A stretch of DNA of 64,000 bases, from assembly GCF_018350175.1 (NCBI RefSeq), contig NC_058368.1:158288001-158352000 (forward strand), given 5' to 3'. The notes beneath the pieces are model-generated. The model was not told where the DNA came from and did no database searches. It saw only the letters and a program-made list of their open reading frames with translations. The DNA comes from Felis catus. Its lineage: Eukaryota. Positions 10,487-23,496 of this stretch are shown here, piece by piece (positions within the stretch are counted from its first letter, which is position 1; each line of letters begins with the position of its first letter). The position numbers and the translations under genes were made by a program.

Positions 10487-12619
10487 GTGAGTGTTCCCTT
10501 GGACATTGAGCAGTGTCCTGGGAAGGTAGTTCTTTTTCCCGTGCACTTGCCACTGTGTGTTGCCAACGCATCACTTTATTCTGATAAGATAAAAATAAAA
10601 TCTTTTAGAGCTATGGGGTCTAGTGTTCTTTTGGCTTCAGGGTATCTTCCAAATTTAAGCTAGATTTAAGTTTTTCATTAAACTTCTACAGGCTGTGTTT
10701 TGTTTTTTTTTTTCACCTTCTGAAATTCTTACTGGTTCTTCAGCTGTGGTGGATAATCTTGCTCTTTCACTTTCCCATATCTTTTGAGCCTATTGGGAGT
10801 TCCACAGATAGCCTGATGGTACCTTTTGTTGGCTCTCCTAAAGGAATAATCTACACCAATATCATCATGACTTCTCCCCACTCCCAACTGAAGGAAGGTT
10901 AACTCAGTTCGTTTCCCTTTTCTTCTTAGCTCTCTCTCTCTAACTTTTGTATGAAGTATGGTAATTAAGTAGTTGAATCTTTTTGAGTTTGGTGGGCTTT
11001 GTTTCTGTTAGCAGGTAGAATCTGACTCAGAGTAACAGCTGATGGGACTGTGCCTTATTACTACAGACCTAGTGAATAGCTAAGTTGTTCTGGATCCTTT
11101 GCAATATCTTATTAAAGTTTCACAAGGACATTGTGAACCCTGTTCTGATCATCTCTCTATTATAGATGAGGGAAATGAAGCTTGACCTTGATGAAGGGAA
11201 ATGACCTTGAGCAATCCATTTAACTTTTCAGAGCCTGGGTGAGATAAGTGATAAGGCTTCTGCTCTTAGCCACTTTAGCATCTAGCATGGATAGATGGCC
11301 AGATCTCAAGCTTTACAGTAGAATTTGATCATTCTCATATGGAAAAAGGGCAGGGGGAGCATGGGCGAAGGGACCCGCCCCCAGGAGGAATTAGGAAATA
11401 CTCACAGAGGGAGGGCAAGATCACACCGGGAAGTGGGAACAGCACTGTTTTCCTAGGGAGAACAGTGAACCAAGGACAGGCCAGCCCAGAGGACTTGGTG
11501 TGCTTGGGTTTAGTGCATTTAGTTGTTTGAAAAAAGAGGGTGGAGAAGTTATAGGACATGTGTCCTGGGTGCCCTGGTATGGCTGCTTCCTGCCAGGGAC
11601 ATTTTTGGTGCCAAGTGAAAATCCTCTCAAAGTCCAGGGTCTCCCTCCTGCCTTACACAGGACTCAACCTCTTTTTGAGGTCTCTGGGTACACTCTAGAA
11701 CTTTCACATTGTGGGAATTAAGCCACAGGCACGGTGATAAAGAATTGGAGAAGAGGAGAGTATATGGGGCAAGACAGTGAAGGAAGGAAGAACAGAGGCA
11801 GTGAGTGGAATCAAAAAGACAATAGCCAACATTCTAGAGAAGAACTCTGTGACCTAAACATGTATGTATCCTCTGCCTCTTGTGCTCCAGGTGATTGCCA
11901 GGGCCTTTGAGGGTTCGTTCCTTTCCAACTTTACCCTGACTATAGCGAGTCGAGCACTGGATGTTTAGTGCACAGAAAAGGGCTCTGCGTTTCCCATTCT
12001 CTGATGATCTTTTCTGCGCTTCTGTTCTGTCAGCTCCGCTGACCATGGTTGCTGAGATTACCATCACTGAAGTTAGTTGGCATTTCTGTAATTGGGATAC
12101 CCATGAGAGCCACAAGAATAGCTGTGGAGTGTGACAAAGGTCAGAGGGCCCAAGAAGGGCTTGAAGATTAGTGAGCAAAAGAAAACCAAGCAGAAAAAGG
12201 AGCCTAATGTGTGCCCTGCATAGTTCTTGTTCATATAAAGCTTGTTAAGGACATCCAGAAACCTGAATACTAGTTGTGAATTTGACAACATAAAATACTA
12301 CAGAAATAGAAGTTGCAGGCTCTAGTCCTATTTCCTGATTCCTTTGCTCTTAAAAATGCTGTGTATCCTAGCTTTGCTCTGTTTGGTTTAATTCTTAAAC
12401 CAAGGGAAACAGGCTTAACAGGAAGTAGTAGTTTCCACAGATTCTACAGCAGAGAGTAGGAGAAAACAGAAGTGAAGTATGAGGACATGTCTTAGATCAG
12501 CTAGCAATTCTGATTGCTTGGTTAAGACTTTGGTCACTGCAACTCTTGCACTTTAGATAGAATCCCAAACAAATTAGATATACATCAGGGAGTTTTGCAG
12601 CTCCTGGGAATAAAATCTA

Positions 12620-12647
12620 TGCAGTGTCCAACCACCAGATGGTGATA
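12620..12647 (+). promoter_or_regulatory. Candidate CTCF site with upstream motif
   Basis: TGCAGTGTCC-AA-CCACCAGATGGTGAT resembles CTCF core (CCACYAGRKGGCR) preceded by the TGCAG upstream module. Confidence 0.45.
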
Positions 12648-12996
12648 AATCACCTTCCACTCAGGTTCCATTTCCTCATTGATCTTTTTGCAGTGCAACT
12701 TAGCAGAAAAACTTTTCTTACTTACATTGTTGGTTAAGCCATATAAAACAGAAAGACATTTTTACTCTAATATTCAGATATGTATTCTATGTGAGGTCAT
12801 AGAATTTTATAAGAATAAACTTTGAGACTTTTTAATTCAGAAGCTTTCACAGTTTAACCAAGAACAGCAATAAGAAATTCATTCATATTTCAACCCAGTA
12901 TCTATATAATAGAAAAAAACAGCTTAATTAGAAGTAATTATTCTTGTTATGTATGATGCATTCTATTTTCTATTCTTTCATTAAAAAAAAAGTCCT

Positions 12997-13221
12997 GGGG
13001 CACCTGGGTTGTTTAGTTGGTTAAGCATCTGACTCTTGATTTCAGCTAAGGTCATGATCTCACGGTTTCGTGGGTTCAAGACCCATGTCGGGCTCCTCTA
13101 CACTGATGGTGTAGATGCTGCTTGGGATTCTCTGTCTCCTTCTCTCTCTGCCTCTCCCCTGCCCACACTGTCTCTGTCTCTCTCAAACTAAATAAACGTT
13201 AAAAATTAAGAAAAAAAAAAA
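12997..13221 (+). mobile_element. CanSINE
   Basis: GGGGCACCTGGG head, (CT)n, A tail; flanked by AAAAAAAAAGTCCTG on both sides. Confidence 0.92.
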
Positions 13222-13877
13222 GTCCTGCCCGTGAACTGTTGATTTTATGAACCACTAATGTGTGGATCTTGACCTGTGATTTGGAAAAAGTCAAATCGAG
13301 TCCTATCTTTTAGCCCAAACATAGTTTCTCCTTTATTTTCCCTTTGTATCATTCATGTTTTCTTCACTCAGTTTCATTTTAATAACCAGCATGGCTAGAG
13401 CTCACTGTATCACAAGGGAGCACATTTCCTTTTGAACACTGGGACCCCAGGTAGACAGTTCCCATCGTGCCACCCAGGTTAGCCAGCCACAGTCACCTGA
13501 ATCAGCGTGAATCCACTTTGCCCAGTAGAAGCCTGGTAAAGAACACAAACTTCTGTATCTTGGCTGAGGCTCTGCCCGAGCCACCACCTCTGGGATGGGC
13601 CAGGCTTATTTCACAGAGCTTTGAGAGGAATGTCCTCTGATAGGCCTGAAAATCTTTCCTGCACCATCTCTAGAATGATTACCGTACAGGTCACTTCTTT
13701 GCTGGCTTTCCACTTGTTTGAGGTATATTCATCCCATTGTCTTCCTTATTTCCAAACCAAGAACTGGGTTAGATTATGTAAGTTTCTCCATGTCAATATA
13801 TGTTGTACCCACTTAATATAAGAAATTTGGTCTAGTTTTTAACATTTTAGGTTTTTCAAACATATATTCTAAAGATG

Positions 13878-14075
13878 TTTTTTAAGTGTACTTAATTTGA
13901 GAGAGAGCAAGCACGGGGGAGGGGCAGAAAGAAAGGAGGAGAGAGAGAATCCCAAGCAGCTTCCTTGCCGTCAGCGCGAAGCCTGACGAGGGGCTCGAGC
14001 TCACAAACTGTGAGATCATGACCTGAGCTGAAATCAACAGTTGGAGCTTAACCGACGGAGCTATCCAGGCGTCCC
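13878..14075 (-). mobile_element. CanSINE
   Basis: Antisense SINE body; TSD AAACATA(T/G)ATTC at 13858-13869 and 14077-14088. Confidence 0.9.
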
Positions 14076-14239
14076 TAAACATAGATTCCAATTCAGTTGG
14101 TAATTCAAATTACTAAAAGATGACTGTGCTTCTTATCCAAGCCTGAAATAAGGATATGCCCTTCTGAATTGTTTGTTGTAGTCTTTTTTAAAAGGAGTGA
14201 TTAACTGCCTTCTTAGTATATCCACAAATATGCTTTTAG

Positions 14240-14341
14240 AAAGGCATGGTGCCAGATGATGCTGTAGAAGCCTTGGCTGGTAGCCTGGGGAAAAAGGAAG
14301 CAGATCCAGAAGATGGAAAGCCTGTGGAAGATAAAGTCAAG
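14240..14341 (+). CDS. CAST: Calpastatin exon, domain 3 subdomain A ([34 protein letters not shown])
   Basis: ttttag|AAA...AAG|gtaata; 102 nt. Confidence 0.96.
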
Positions 14342-14847
14342 GTAATAGCAGCTCAGTCACTTCCTGAAAGTAGCTGTGATTGATGTTCCTCACTCCCCAA
14401 GCAAGTTAGTCATCTTTTTTTTTTTTTAAATTTTCTACAACACATGACGAGCTGGCTTTATCTATTTATGGAGCATATCCTGTTTGACAATCTAAACCTG
14501 AGTAAAGCATCAGTGTTTTGCTACAGCAGTGGATGCAGAACATGCACATAATCTCTGAATCTCACCTTGGCCATGTGCATTTCCACTGCCGAGCAGTCCT
14601 GAGAGAAGAGGCAGCTGTCCACCCTCCTTTTCGTTGCTTTTTAGCCCAGCCGGCATAGTGGTGCTGTCTGAGCCGGCTCAAGTAGGGGAGGGTGTGAAAG
14701 ATGTGTAGAGTTGCTGTAGGAACTCTACACATAAGGCCATACATATGTTCTAATCTAACACTGGAGTTATTTCCCTCAAATGTAGGCACTTAGACATCCA
14801 CTTTGCGGAGATATATTAATAATGAGAATGGTATAATTTTTATTCAG

Positions 14848-14931
14848 GAGAAAGCCAAAGAAGAGGATCGTGAAAAACTTGGTGAAAAAGAAGAAACAAT
14901 TCCTCCTGATTACAGATTAGAAGACGTCAAG
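14848..14931 (+). CDS. CAST: Calpastatin exon, domain 3 subdomain B ([28 protein letters not shown])
   Basis: ttcag|GAG...AAG|gtgaac; 84 nt; LGxxxxTIPPxYR motif. Confidence 0.97.
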
Positions 14932-15720
14932 GTGAACAGTGTTTTTCTGTTTTATTTTAGTTACTACTGAATTTTATAAACATAAAGAAGGGACATGGAA
15001 ACAGGGCAGAATATAAAGATTTTGGTTTTAAGTGATAGTTTTTCCCTTAAAACTTAAGTGAAAAAAATCTAATGCCTAAGCTACCTAATTTTTTGCCATG
15101 TAATACCTGCTTTGTTACAATACAAGAAGCAAAGAAAAACTTAGAAAGCCTTTATATAACTAGGAAAAACCAAAATGAGGAATAACTATTTCCTGTGAAG
15201 AAAAATTTCCAACTCTTAGATACACATTGAAAAAGAAAGCCTGTTTAACATTGAGTAGGAGGATAGTTGTTCTGTTTCCTATTTTGAAAGTAGAGATTGT
15301 ACACAGCTAGTGACACGGAGGGGAGTCATTGAAGTACAACCACTTGAACAGGGGCACACGTGGACAGTAGAACCAATGTCAGTCATCTTCATGAGATACC
15401 ACTGCTCAAGAGAATATTCACCTAAACGTATATACACTTATATGCATTTATATACAGCTACATACATATGTAGCCTTGCGCCTATTTTTGTATATGTGGA
15501 TTAATGGGATTTACCATTCATTTATAAATTTTTCTTTACTAAAAGATGCTTTAATGATTCTGTCCTGTTTCTCAGAAGTGGCACTTAGAGTCATCTGAAA
15601 CTTGGCATCGTCTGAGCCATAAGGATGAGCTTCCCGGGGCAGGAATTTTGTCTGTCCTACTTTCTGTGCTATTCCTAAGTGCTTACTGCAGGGTGTGGCA
15701 CCGAATCAACGGATAATGTT

Positions 15721-16098
15721 TTGTTTTTTTGTTTTTTGTTTTTTTTTATAATTTATTGTCAAATTGGTTTCCATACAGCACCTAGTGTTCATCCCAACAG
15801 GTACCCTCCTCAAATGCCCATCACCCACTTTCCCTCCCTCCCACCTCCCATCAACCCTGTTTGTTTTCAGTATTTAAGAGTCTCTTATGGTTTGCCTTCT
15901 TCCATGTCTGTAACTTTCACCCCCTTCCACTCCCCGCTGGTCTTCTGTTAAGTTTCTCAGGATCCACATATGAGTGAAAATATATGGTATCTGTCCTTCT
16001 CTGCCTGACTTATTTCACTTAGCATAACACTCTCCAGTTCCATCCACGTTGCTACAGATGGCCAGATTTCGTTCTTTCTCATTGCCAAGTAGTATTCC
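15721..16098 (-). mobile_element. 5'-truncated young L1 (3' UTR)
   Basis: T tail, L1 3'UTR; TSD TCAA(C/T)GGATAATGTT at 15706-15720 and 16099-16113; sits in an L2-like 3' end. Confidence 0.92.
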
Positions 16099-16558
16099 TC
16101 AATGGATAATGTTGAATATTGGCTGTAAAGTTTAGCCAGCTTTTTTCAGGCAACATTTGCAAAGCCCATCCCCCACACAGGTGAGGGGTGCATCCCTTTG
16201 CTCCCTTCGTGTCCTGTAAGTGCCCTGTCACAGAACCTTGTGCCACACTACTTCAACTATTTGCATGTTTCTCTGCTGCACTAGTTCATAGGCTTCTGAG
16301 GTCACAAGCCTTGCCTACTTCATTTTTTAGCTCCCACGCCTAGGGAATGCCTGAGCTGTTGGTTGGAATGAACTAATTAGAACATATTCTCTGATGAGAG
16401 AATGTTTTTCCTGAAACGATGAATCTAATTTATAATGTACAATGTCAGGTATGACCTGTAGACCCCTTACAGTGTTTAAAAGCGTTCATATTTGTGATAG
16501 ATCCCACAGGATAAATCACGGGAAATGATTTAATGCCATGGTTTTCTCTTCCGAATAG

Positions 16559-16609
16559 GATAAAGATGGAAAACCCCTCCTGCCAAAAGAGCCCAAGGAA
16601 TCACTTCCA
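16559..16609 (+). CDS. CAST: Calpastatin exon (DKDGKPLLPKEPKESLP)
   Basis: gaatag|GAT...CCA|gtaagc; 51 nt; paralogous to 7573-7620. Confidence 0.94.
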
Positions 16610-16782
16610 GTAAGCAAGCCACTTTTCTCTGAGTAGATCTTTCTCATCTGGCCCTGATTGTTAATTCTGGAACGGGATAGCTTTCTTTTTAATAAGTCGA
16701 TTGGCAGTAAATAGTGACATCATTTGAATAATGAGTAAACAGTTGAGGTGGTGTTTGTTGATATATTTTTTGGTTCTTGCAG

Positions 16783-16854
16783 CCCGTGACTGACGACTTC
16801 CTTCTTGATGCTTTGTCTAAGGACTTTGCTGGTTCCCCAAACTCTTCATCTCTT
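16783..16854 (+). CDS. CAST: Calpastatin exon, domain 3 subdomain C (PVTDDFLLDALSKDFAGSPNSSSL)
   Basis: ttgcag|CCC...CTT|gtaagt; 72 nt. Confidence 0.95.
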
Positions 16855-17900
16855 GTAAGTCTGAAACTCCTGATTTTATTTCCTTGCTTTTAGGGTGGCA
16901 GAAAGAAACGGAAACTAGTGACTTAGAATCTGACTTTGGAGGTGAGGAAATAATCATAAAATTAAAGGCTTTCAAGCCATTGTAGCCATTAGAAATGCGT
17001 TGTGTCCTCAAAGTGTACCAGCACAGTGGACATTTGCAACATTGTAACTAATTGAACCAATGAGCACATACTCTATCTAGTATACCTATGAAAAGAGAAT
17101 TTAAAATTTGAGTTTATCCAAAGGTATGTCTCAAATAACTTGTTAATATTTTTACAGTTTATCATTTTCCATAATTACCTCATAGGAAAACTTAGCTCTG
17201 GGTAGAACAGATAATTCCTCAAAGAGAATTCTATTACTAGAAATTTAGGAAATGTTGGGTAATGGTAAGCAGGTTTCTCTACTACAGGATTTTTATGGCT
17301 TATTTATATGCAAATGTAAGTCTGTTGGAGTGCCCACACTTAAATAACTCCAGACCTTTTTTGTGTGTGTGGGATTGGGGTTATCTGTTTACAAGCTTCT
17401 TATGTGGACAGTGTCACGGAACATACATTAGTTGAGAAGCAGAATGAGTAGTAACTAGAAGAAATAATGATTCGTTGGAGTTGCTCAAAGTTTTTGGACT
17501 CTGTGAAGCAATAAGCCCGTCAAAGAAGGTATTACTAACCAGTTAGTAATAGAGTCCTCATAATACCCCTATGAAAACACCATGCCCACGCAGTTGAGTC
17601 ACCCCATTCCATGACCTTCCACTCTTCCTCCTCCATACAAACAGCTTGAGTCCTAATTTAGGGAAGAACATAAAGTGAGCAGTATCCTCAGAATATGGAA
17701 TCTTATCATTACAGTGATGCAAAACATAAGAACAAATTAGAGGGATCCAGTGCCTTAATTCCCTTCCTTATACCGTCTGTATTATTATTATTATAGGGTT
17801 TTTTTCTTTTAGAAATTCAAAGAAAATGTAACAGTGACTTTATATCCTTTATATCCCCACCCAAGAAGATGCATAGCAGTGACATGACTAGAGATAAACA

Positions 17901-18076
17901 TTTTTTATGTTTATTTTTTTTTTGAGAGAGAGAGAGAGGGAGACACAGAATCTAAAGTAGGCTCCAGGCTCTAAGCTTTTAGCACCGAGCCCGACTTGGG
18001 GCTCAAACCCACAAACTGCAAGATCATTACTAGAGCCAAAGTCGGATGCTTAGCCGACTGAGCCATCAGGTGCCCC
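17901..18076 (-). mobile_element. CanSINE
   Basis: T tail, (GA)n, GGCTCCAGGCTCT, ends GTGCCCC. Confidence 0.88.
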
Positions 18077-18453
18077 AAAACAACCATTTTTTTAAAAAAA
18101 TTCTAGCTTAGAAAATTAATCTCGCAAAGGGAAAAATTGTTAGTGTCTGTAGTTAATAAAGTAGAAATAACCAATTACAGTAAGTCAAATGGCCAAAGTA
18201 GAAAATTATTTGGGGGAAAGTCCCAAGAACTTTGGAGGAAAAGTCATCATATTCTGACTCATAATTAATCTTCAAATATAAAGGTGTGCCTGCTGTACAT
18301 ACCATGTTCTTTGATCACAATAAAGTAGAAATTCTACTTAAAAAGAGAATTTTAAAAACATTCCACTATCAGTGAGATCAAGGAGTAAATTCAGAATAGA
18401 CTATTTGAAAAATCAAGGATAAGACATTTGCAAATCAAAATCTTTGATAAGCA

Positions 18454-18672
18454 GGGCACCTGGATAGCTCAATTTTTAAGCATCCGACTCTTGATTTTCT
18501 GCTCACGTCATGATCTCATGATTCGTGAGATCGAGTCCACCCACCCCCCCATCAGGCTCTGTGCTGACAACAAGGAGCCTGCTTAAAATTCTCTCTCTCC
18601 CTCTCGCTGCCCTTCTCCCACTCTCATACACATAAGAGAATACAACATTTAAAATAAATATATTTAAAAAAA
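18454..18672 (+). mobile_element. CanSINE
   Basis: GGGCACCTGGATAGCTCA head, (CT)n, A-rich tail; GATAAGCA repeated on both sides. Confidence 0.85.
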
Positions 18673-18912
18673 TTCGATAAGCAACCAAACCAGTATTCAT
18701 GAGATACATTTATTATCATAAATGTCTTAATAATAGAGGAAGAGAAGTCTGACTAACCAAATGTTTATTGGATTTTAAATTTCAAATTTAAGCGATTATA
18801 AAACTATTATTATAAATAAGCTATTATTTTACATTTAAATAAGATATTATAAACTAACCACCCAAAAGAAAGTAGCAAGCAGGTTAAGTAGGAGATGAAA
18901 ATAGCAGCCTGA

Positions 18913-20384
18913 TTACAAAGCTGTAATCATCAAGACATTATGGGACTAGCACAAAAACAGACACATACATCAATGGAACAGAATAGAGAACCCAGAAATG
19001 GACCCACACAGGTATAGCCAACTGGTCTTTGACAAAGCAGGAAAGAGTATCCAATGGAAAAATGTCTCTTCAGCAAATGGTGCTGGGAAAACTGGACAGT
19101 GACATGCAGAAGAAAGTGGACCACTTTCTTACACCACTCACAAAAATAAATTCCAAATGGATAAAAGACCTAAATGTGAGACAGGAAACCACCAAAATTC
19201 TACAGGAGAAAACAGACAGCAACCACTTTGACCTCAGCTGCAGCAGCTTCTTACTATACATGTCTACAGAGGCAAGGAAAACAAAAGCAAAAATGAACTA
19301 TTGGGATCTCATCAAGATAAAAAGCTTCTGCACAGCGAAGGAAACAATCAGCAAAACTAAAAGGCAACTGATGGAATGGGAGAAGATATTTGCAAATGAC
19401 ATATCAGATAAGGGTTAGTATGGAAAGTCTATAAAGAACTTATCAAACTTATCACCCCCCCCCAAACAATCCAGTAAAGAAATGGGCAGAAGACATGAAT
19501 AGACACTTTTCCAAAGAAAACATCCAGATGGCTAACAGACACATGAAAAGATACCCAACATCACTCATCAACAGAGAAATACAAATCAAAACCACAGTGA
19601 GATACCATTTCACACCTGTCAGAATGGCTAAAATTAACTCCAGAAACAACAGATGTTGGCAAGGATGTGGAGAAAGGGGAACCCTCTTGCACTGTTGGTG
19701 GGAATGCAAACTGGTGCAGCCGCTCTGGAAGACAGCATGGAGGTTCCTCAAAAAATTAAAAATAGAATTACCCTACAATCCAGGAGTTCCACTACTAGGT
19801 ATTTACTTAAAGGATACAAAAATGATGATTTGGAGGGGCACATGCACCCCAGTGTTTATAGCAAGACAATCAACAATAGCCAAATTATGGAATGAGCACA
19901 AATGTCCACTGACTAATGAATGGATAAAGAAGAGGTAGTGTATGTATTCAATGGAATATAACTCAGTCATCAGAAAGAATGAAATCTTGCTGTTTGCAAC
20001 AACATGGATGGAACTAGAGTGTATTATGCTAAGCAAAATTAGAGAAAGACAAATCACATGATTTCACTCGTATGTGGAATTTAAGAAACAAAACAGAGGA
20101 ACATTGGAGAAGGGAAGGAAAAGTAAAATAAGATAAAAACAAAGAGGTAGGCAAACTATATGTGATTCTTAAACACAGAGAACAAACTGAGAGTTGTTGG
20201 AGGTGAGGTTGGGGGGGGGATGGGCTAAATGGGTGATGGGCATTAAGGAGGGCCATTGTTGGGATGAGCACATATGTAACTGATGAGTCACTGGGTTGTA
20301 GTCCTGAAACCAGTTAAGTGTATGTTAACTAACTTGAATTTAAATAAATAAATTTAAAATTAAATAAAAGAAAAAAGAAAAAAA
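18913..20384 (+). mobile_element. 5'-truncated L1 (ORF2 C-terminus with Cys-rich domain, 3' UTR, A tail)
   Basis: ORF track 19029-19418 and 19495-19938 give L1 ORF2 peptides ([26 protein letters not shown]); exact 16-bp TSD GAAAATAGCAGCCTGA at 18897-18912 and 20385-20400. Confidence 0.96.
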
Positions 20385-20400
20385 GAAAATAGCAGCCTGA

Positions 20401-22250
20401 GACTAAAATGGCTCATAGTTGCTTGATTTGAAATAACTAAAATTTTTTAAGATACCAACAAATGTAAAAGAGAAAAAAAATCTTATTAAAATAGCATAAA
20501 TCAATGTAAGAATCAAATTAATCATTTATAGCCAACAGTTGGTTTTTATGAATGACTAACATTTTATAAAACATTGGCAGAAATAAGAGAAAAGTTACCA
20601 GTAAAATTAAAATTTTAAATTTAAATGATCAAAAACCAATATGTACAATAGTTTTTTAAAACAAAATGTAAAACACAATTCATAGAATCTAAGCAAAAGA
20701 AAAACTGAAGACAATAGAACTGTTTTCAAACTTTGCTTCCAAGAGAAGTTTAAAATTGACTCTTAAGTGTTTAACAGCAGTTGGTCTCATGTGACATAAC
20801 CATATCTTCAAAAATATGGCTTACATAGTTGCTTCTACAAATAATGATGGTCCTAATCTTAAAACTTGATCAATATAGCATTGTTAACTAAAGTCACTTA
20901 AATCTGTAGATATATAATGTTTAACAAAGATAATATACAATTATTAAAGGAATAATTATTTATCAGTTAGAAATTAAATATTTATTTAATATTAGAATTT
21001 ATATAGCATAGTAGTGTATCAAATAAGAATAATCAATTACATCCATATAGAAGATGTATTTCAAATGTCACCTTTCAAAAGTAGACAATCCCTTAATGTA
21101 TTAAAGAGTATCTATTTAATTTCAAGAATCAAATATTTGGAGTTAAGCTAGAAGCATTTCCTTTAAAAACACAGTATAAAAAATTCTATTATCTTTTCTG
21201 CTTAATGTTGTGTGAACAATCATTAACAACACATGAAAAAGAAATGACAAGTATTAAAAAGGAACATTTGTGTATTTGCAGATATTCCTAGTTGTAGAGA
21301 GCACATATGTAGTTAACATTGTGTATGCTGTGTACATCAGTAACAGATTAGAAAATACGATTAAAATGAGATGTCAGACGTGTAAAGAAAAGAGCAATAC
21401 AAGAAATGAACAGAAAAGTTAGAATATGAAAAAATTAAAATATCTAAGACAGTCTGACTCAGTGTCTGAAAAGAGTCATGACAATTCTTTCTAGTCATCT
21501 TATAAGTTATTTTTTAAATTAAAATAGCAATAAGGTACTTTGTATAGCCCAGTAAAATTATTCTAAAATATGTTTGAAAAGCAAAGACATAAAAACATGA
21601 AAAAATACTGAAAACCATTTTTCAATATTTCTAGGAAAGATTAACCCAACTAAATGCAGGGATTGATTTACATGATAATGATCAATTCAATTCTGCATCA
21701 GAAAACAAAGCTGTAATTTAATGGGAAAAATTAAGAAATGAACATAAAAGATTTAGTATATTTTTAAAAGGAGAATGAATCATAATCTCAGAAAGATTCT
21801 GGAATAATATGCTATTTAACATTAAGAAAAAATAATAAAACAAACCTCACACCATATTAACAAGTATAAAGCAACATTTGTACATCATTATCCATCTCAT
21901 ATCAAAATTAAAAATATGTAACAAATATCTAATTGAGGCAAGGAAGGCCATGGAAAACAAGCATGCTTAATTCATTGCTTTTAGCTTTATGACTTTCTAG
22001 CAACTGTGGAGGGGGCAGTCTGGTGGAATGTAGGCAGCACCAGAAAAAGAACCACTGGTAGAACTCCTACAGAGTAATTAACAAAGAAGAAAGCTGAGAA
22101 ATTGCAAACAACCTAAATGTACACCAAAGAACATGTAAATAAACCATGAAACTCTTAAGTCGTTATGAGATTTTTGAACATTTGGAATAATAAATAGGAA
22201 TAGAAATCAGGAGATTGTGTAAACTGCAACTATGGAGGAGGAAATAGAAT
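20401..22250 (+). mobile_element. Highly decayed ancient L1-like sequence (host of the younger L1)
   Basis: Very A-rich, scattered ORF2/3'-like remnants (CTAGAAGCATTTCCTTTAAAA, ACCTCACACCATA, AAACAACCTAAATGT); boundaries uncertain. Confidence 0.45.
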
Positions 22251-22277
22251 AAAAATTAAGATTACTTGTTACTTTGA

Positions 22278-22400
22278 GGAGCACCTGGGTGGCTCAGTGG
22301 GTTAAGCTTCCGACTCTTGATTTCTGGCTTAGGTCATGATCTCATCGTGGGCTCTGTGCTGGATGTGGAGCCTGCTTGAGATTCTGTCTCTTCCCCCCAA
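22278..22400 (+). mobile_element. Short, internally deleted, nearly tailless CanSINE
   Basis: GGAGCACCTGGGTGGCTCAG head; TSD AAGATTA(CT/TG)TGTTACTTTG at 22258-22276 and 22401-22419. Confidence 0.85.
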
Positions 22401-22547
22401 AAGATTATGTGTTACTTTGCATCCATTTGGATGAAGAGAATAAACAATAATAAAGTATTAAAAACTGTATTTAAGCAATGGCATTGCGGGCATAGTTTTG
22501 TGTAATATACTGTATGTAATAATTTTTTTTTCTTTTTCTTTTTAAAG

Positions 22548-22643
22548 AAATTTGAAGAAGCTAACCTTTCTGCTGCCATCTCTGAAGTGGTTTCCCAAAC
22601 CCCAGCTCCAACCACATACTCTGCTGGCCCGCCCCCTCATGTG
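22548..22643 (+). CDS. CAST: Calpastatin exon (KFEEANLSAAISEVVSQTPAPTTYSAGPPPHV)
   Basis: long pyrimidine tract, taaag|AAA...GTG|gtaagc; 96 nt. Confidence 0.94.
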
Positions 22644-23467
22644 GTAAGCAACATAGAAATATATTTTTGCAGCAGCAACAACAAAATAAGGAAGAAAATA
22701 GGACCCTTGCCTTAGAGTAAATGAAAATAAACAAAATTGTTGAGAAGATAAAGCACTTTCTGTTTTAGAAGAGGTGTAAGACTAGCCATTTGGAGAGATG
22801 ACAGTATATCTGAAATAATTAAATGAAAGAGTGTTTATGAAATATTTCACACACTTCCCTGGAACTTAATATTATTGCTACTTTATTAGAATTGAAAGAG
22901 CAGTAGTGTGCATTGCACATTTATTTGAATTATTAGATTTAAAAAAATCCTTTAGCTTTCCTGATTATTTTCTCCTCCTTTAGATTTTTCCTGACACATG
23001 CTATAAATACTACCTATTATTTAACCTCAAGTTTATTCTATGGAATTGCTCAGTGTTCGAGCCACTTCTCCCCAAAATTCAAGCATGTCATGGAAGAGCA
23101 GTTTTCCTCCCATTCATTCACACCAGTAAAACGTTGTCCTTTTCATGTTAGCAATACGAAAACCTCAGCATCAATATTGTTTTAATTATTTACATGTCCT
23201 GAGGCGAGGCTGTGGGACCAAAGCTTTCCCAGACTTCCTTGATTAATTTTCTGTGCAGTACCAAATTATACACTATCGAGGCGAGGAGACCGCAGCACAT
23301 CAAAGAGATCGCCCTAAACCAGATCCCCATCTCCTTTGGTTGAGAACAAGTGCCTCATTTGCTAGATGGAGAGGAAGTAGCTTTAGTGAAGTCAGCTACG
23401 CTTACTTTCCTTTTGATGTAGCATCAAAGCTTACTTAGTGCTGTAGTCTTAGATTCTGAATGAATTT

Positions 23468-23496
23468 TCATCCCGTTGGGTCAGTCTCAGGATCAT
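23468..23496 (-). other. ERAP1: Homolog of the human ERAP1 alternative terminal exon (exon 20), antisense within a CAST intron
   Basis: Minus strand: tattttcag|AT GAT CCT GAG ACT GAC CCA ACG GGA TGA = (H)DPETDPTG*; human long isoform ends HDPEADATG* from memory; usage in this species unproven. Confidence 0.6.

Noticed and set aside
9017..12291. Intronic ORFs of 60-117 aa
   Set aside because: No recognisable motifs or splice support; expected by chance
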